From contig OZ024740.1 in assembly GCA_964016885.1 (NCBI GenBank), forward strand, positions 315,518,001 through 315,582,000: DNA of 64,000 nucleotides. The letters are read 5' to 3'. Shown piece after piece: positions 62,777 to 64,000 of this stretch. How positions within the stretch are numbered: the first letter of the stretch is position 1; each line of letters starts with the position of its first letter. Made by a program: the position numbers and the translations under genes. The notes under the pieces were generated by a model. That model had not been told where the DNA came from. It was given only the letters and a program-made list of their open reading frames with translations, and did not search any database. The stretch is from Eledone cirrhosa (taxonomy: Eukaryota).

Positions 62777-64000
62777 ATCTAGATAGTACCATAACAGTTT
62801 TTCTTCAGTTGCTGCAAGTACCTGAGCCAATATTGGGGGAAATCATTGTCCAGGAAGCAACAACAATAGGTGAAAGTAAAAAATGTGATTAAAGTGAAAA
62901 AAACTGAAATGTCGAAAAGAAATGAAAGTAAATTAAATTATAACACGAACGATATATCTATCAGAGTGAGCGAACTCGTGCGAATTCTGTCAATATCCTT
63001 GCATTTAAGCATGTAAGTCACGGTTTACAATAGCATGAGTGGTGTTGGGTGTTTAAGGACATGTAAATACTGTCTCAAGTGGGAGATTGTTCAGGCGAAA
63101 CATTTTGGTGCATTATTACGCAATGGAAATCACAAAGTATTCTCAGGTCTCGAATAATCGATCCCCCCCCTCCCCCCGTATATTAATTTTTGCTAATCTA
63201 TCTCCGGTGAAATGTTATTCTCAGTGGTAGCATTCTTGCAGCGATTAATTTTCTTTATACATTAAAAAAAACAAACAACAACATTATACATGACAAAAAA
63301 TTACATTACTAGAAATCTCATACGCTATAAAATAAATAGGTGGGTTGGGGTCGCAATATGTAAACTAAATGACTAATTCTGGTTTTTTTTTAAATTAACG
63401 GAGACAACCAAGAAAAATTACCGATTCCCCCATCCCCTATTATTTGGTACCCGAAAGGACATACACGTTACCGTTATGATTTAGGCTTGGTTAAAGTTAA
63501 GGTTGCCTCGTTGGGTGGTGTGTGTGAGCGGAGTGAGATAAATTCGGTGAACCAGACGTCATATTTTCATTTTCTTCAAGAGATCTGTGATATCCTCCGG
63601 TCTTCAATCAGAAACAAATGTTCTTAGTTTGAATCTAGCCGACGACTATCTCAGGACCTAATTATCCGTTGTATTCCCTTTTTAAAAGCGCCAGGGTATG
63701 ATTTGAAAGCGGCATCTTGTAGTTTAAATGTCTAAAATTAACCGAAATAAACCCTACAATAAAATCAATTATGTAAGACGATTTATTTGTTAAGGTGAAA
63801 CATATAAATTTATATAAACAAACAGCATAAACAGTAATGTCCCCCCCCCCCCTCGCCACACACAAACTTTGTTTCTTCGTAACTTTCTTAATAATACATA
63901 TTTCTAAATGGTATTTTGCAGGAATATGTTTTCGAGGGTCTAGATTACAATTATGCTGAAATCTAAATGAAATTTTATATATATATAAATATGTAAACTA

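Noticed and set aside
63440-63720. First exon or promoter of a further gene near the window end
   Set aside because: Slightly CpG-richer with a possible minus-strand donor near 63471, but all frames I checked close quickly and there is no other support.

Overview
AT-rich, intron-rich, microsatellite-dense eukaryotic DNA. The repeat complement (RTE, CR1, Tx1, Dong/R4, Penelope-like, Helitron, tRNA-derived SINEs, long (CAT)n/(TA)n/(AAT)n tracts) suggests a coleoid cephalopod such as Octopus; this is an inference. Two spliced host genes point away from each other. On the minus strand are the first 10 coding exons (447 codons) of the peroxisomal Lon protease LONP2, from the ATG at 20619 running off the left end. 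On the plus strand is a complete 8-exon imidazolonepropionase AMDHD1/HutI (37633-56458, 438 aa). All introns are GT-AG with consistent phases. Most of the remaining DNA is transposon-derived. Most notable signals: (1) a small non-autonomous LTR element (TSD TGAG) whose LTR ends carry 46-bp units copied from tRNA-Trp past the primer-binding site, with the mismatch exactly at tRNA position 58 (m1A58); (2) a Penelope-like element with inverted pseudo-LTRs holding a hammerhead-ribozyme candidate with a much enlarged stem II; (3) two Tx1-like and one Dong/R4-like LINE stacked in one (AAT)n tract; (4) a near-identical inverted SINE pair bracketing an in-frame 729-nt block of LONP2 exons; (5) several foldback palindromes. 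Family names come from recalled motifs, not from database searches.
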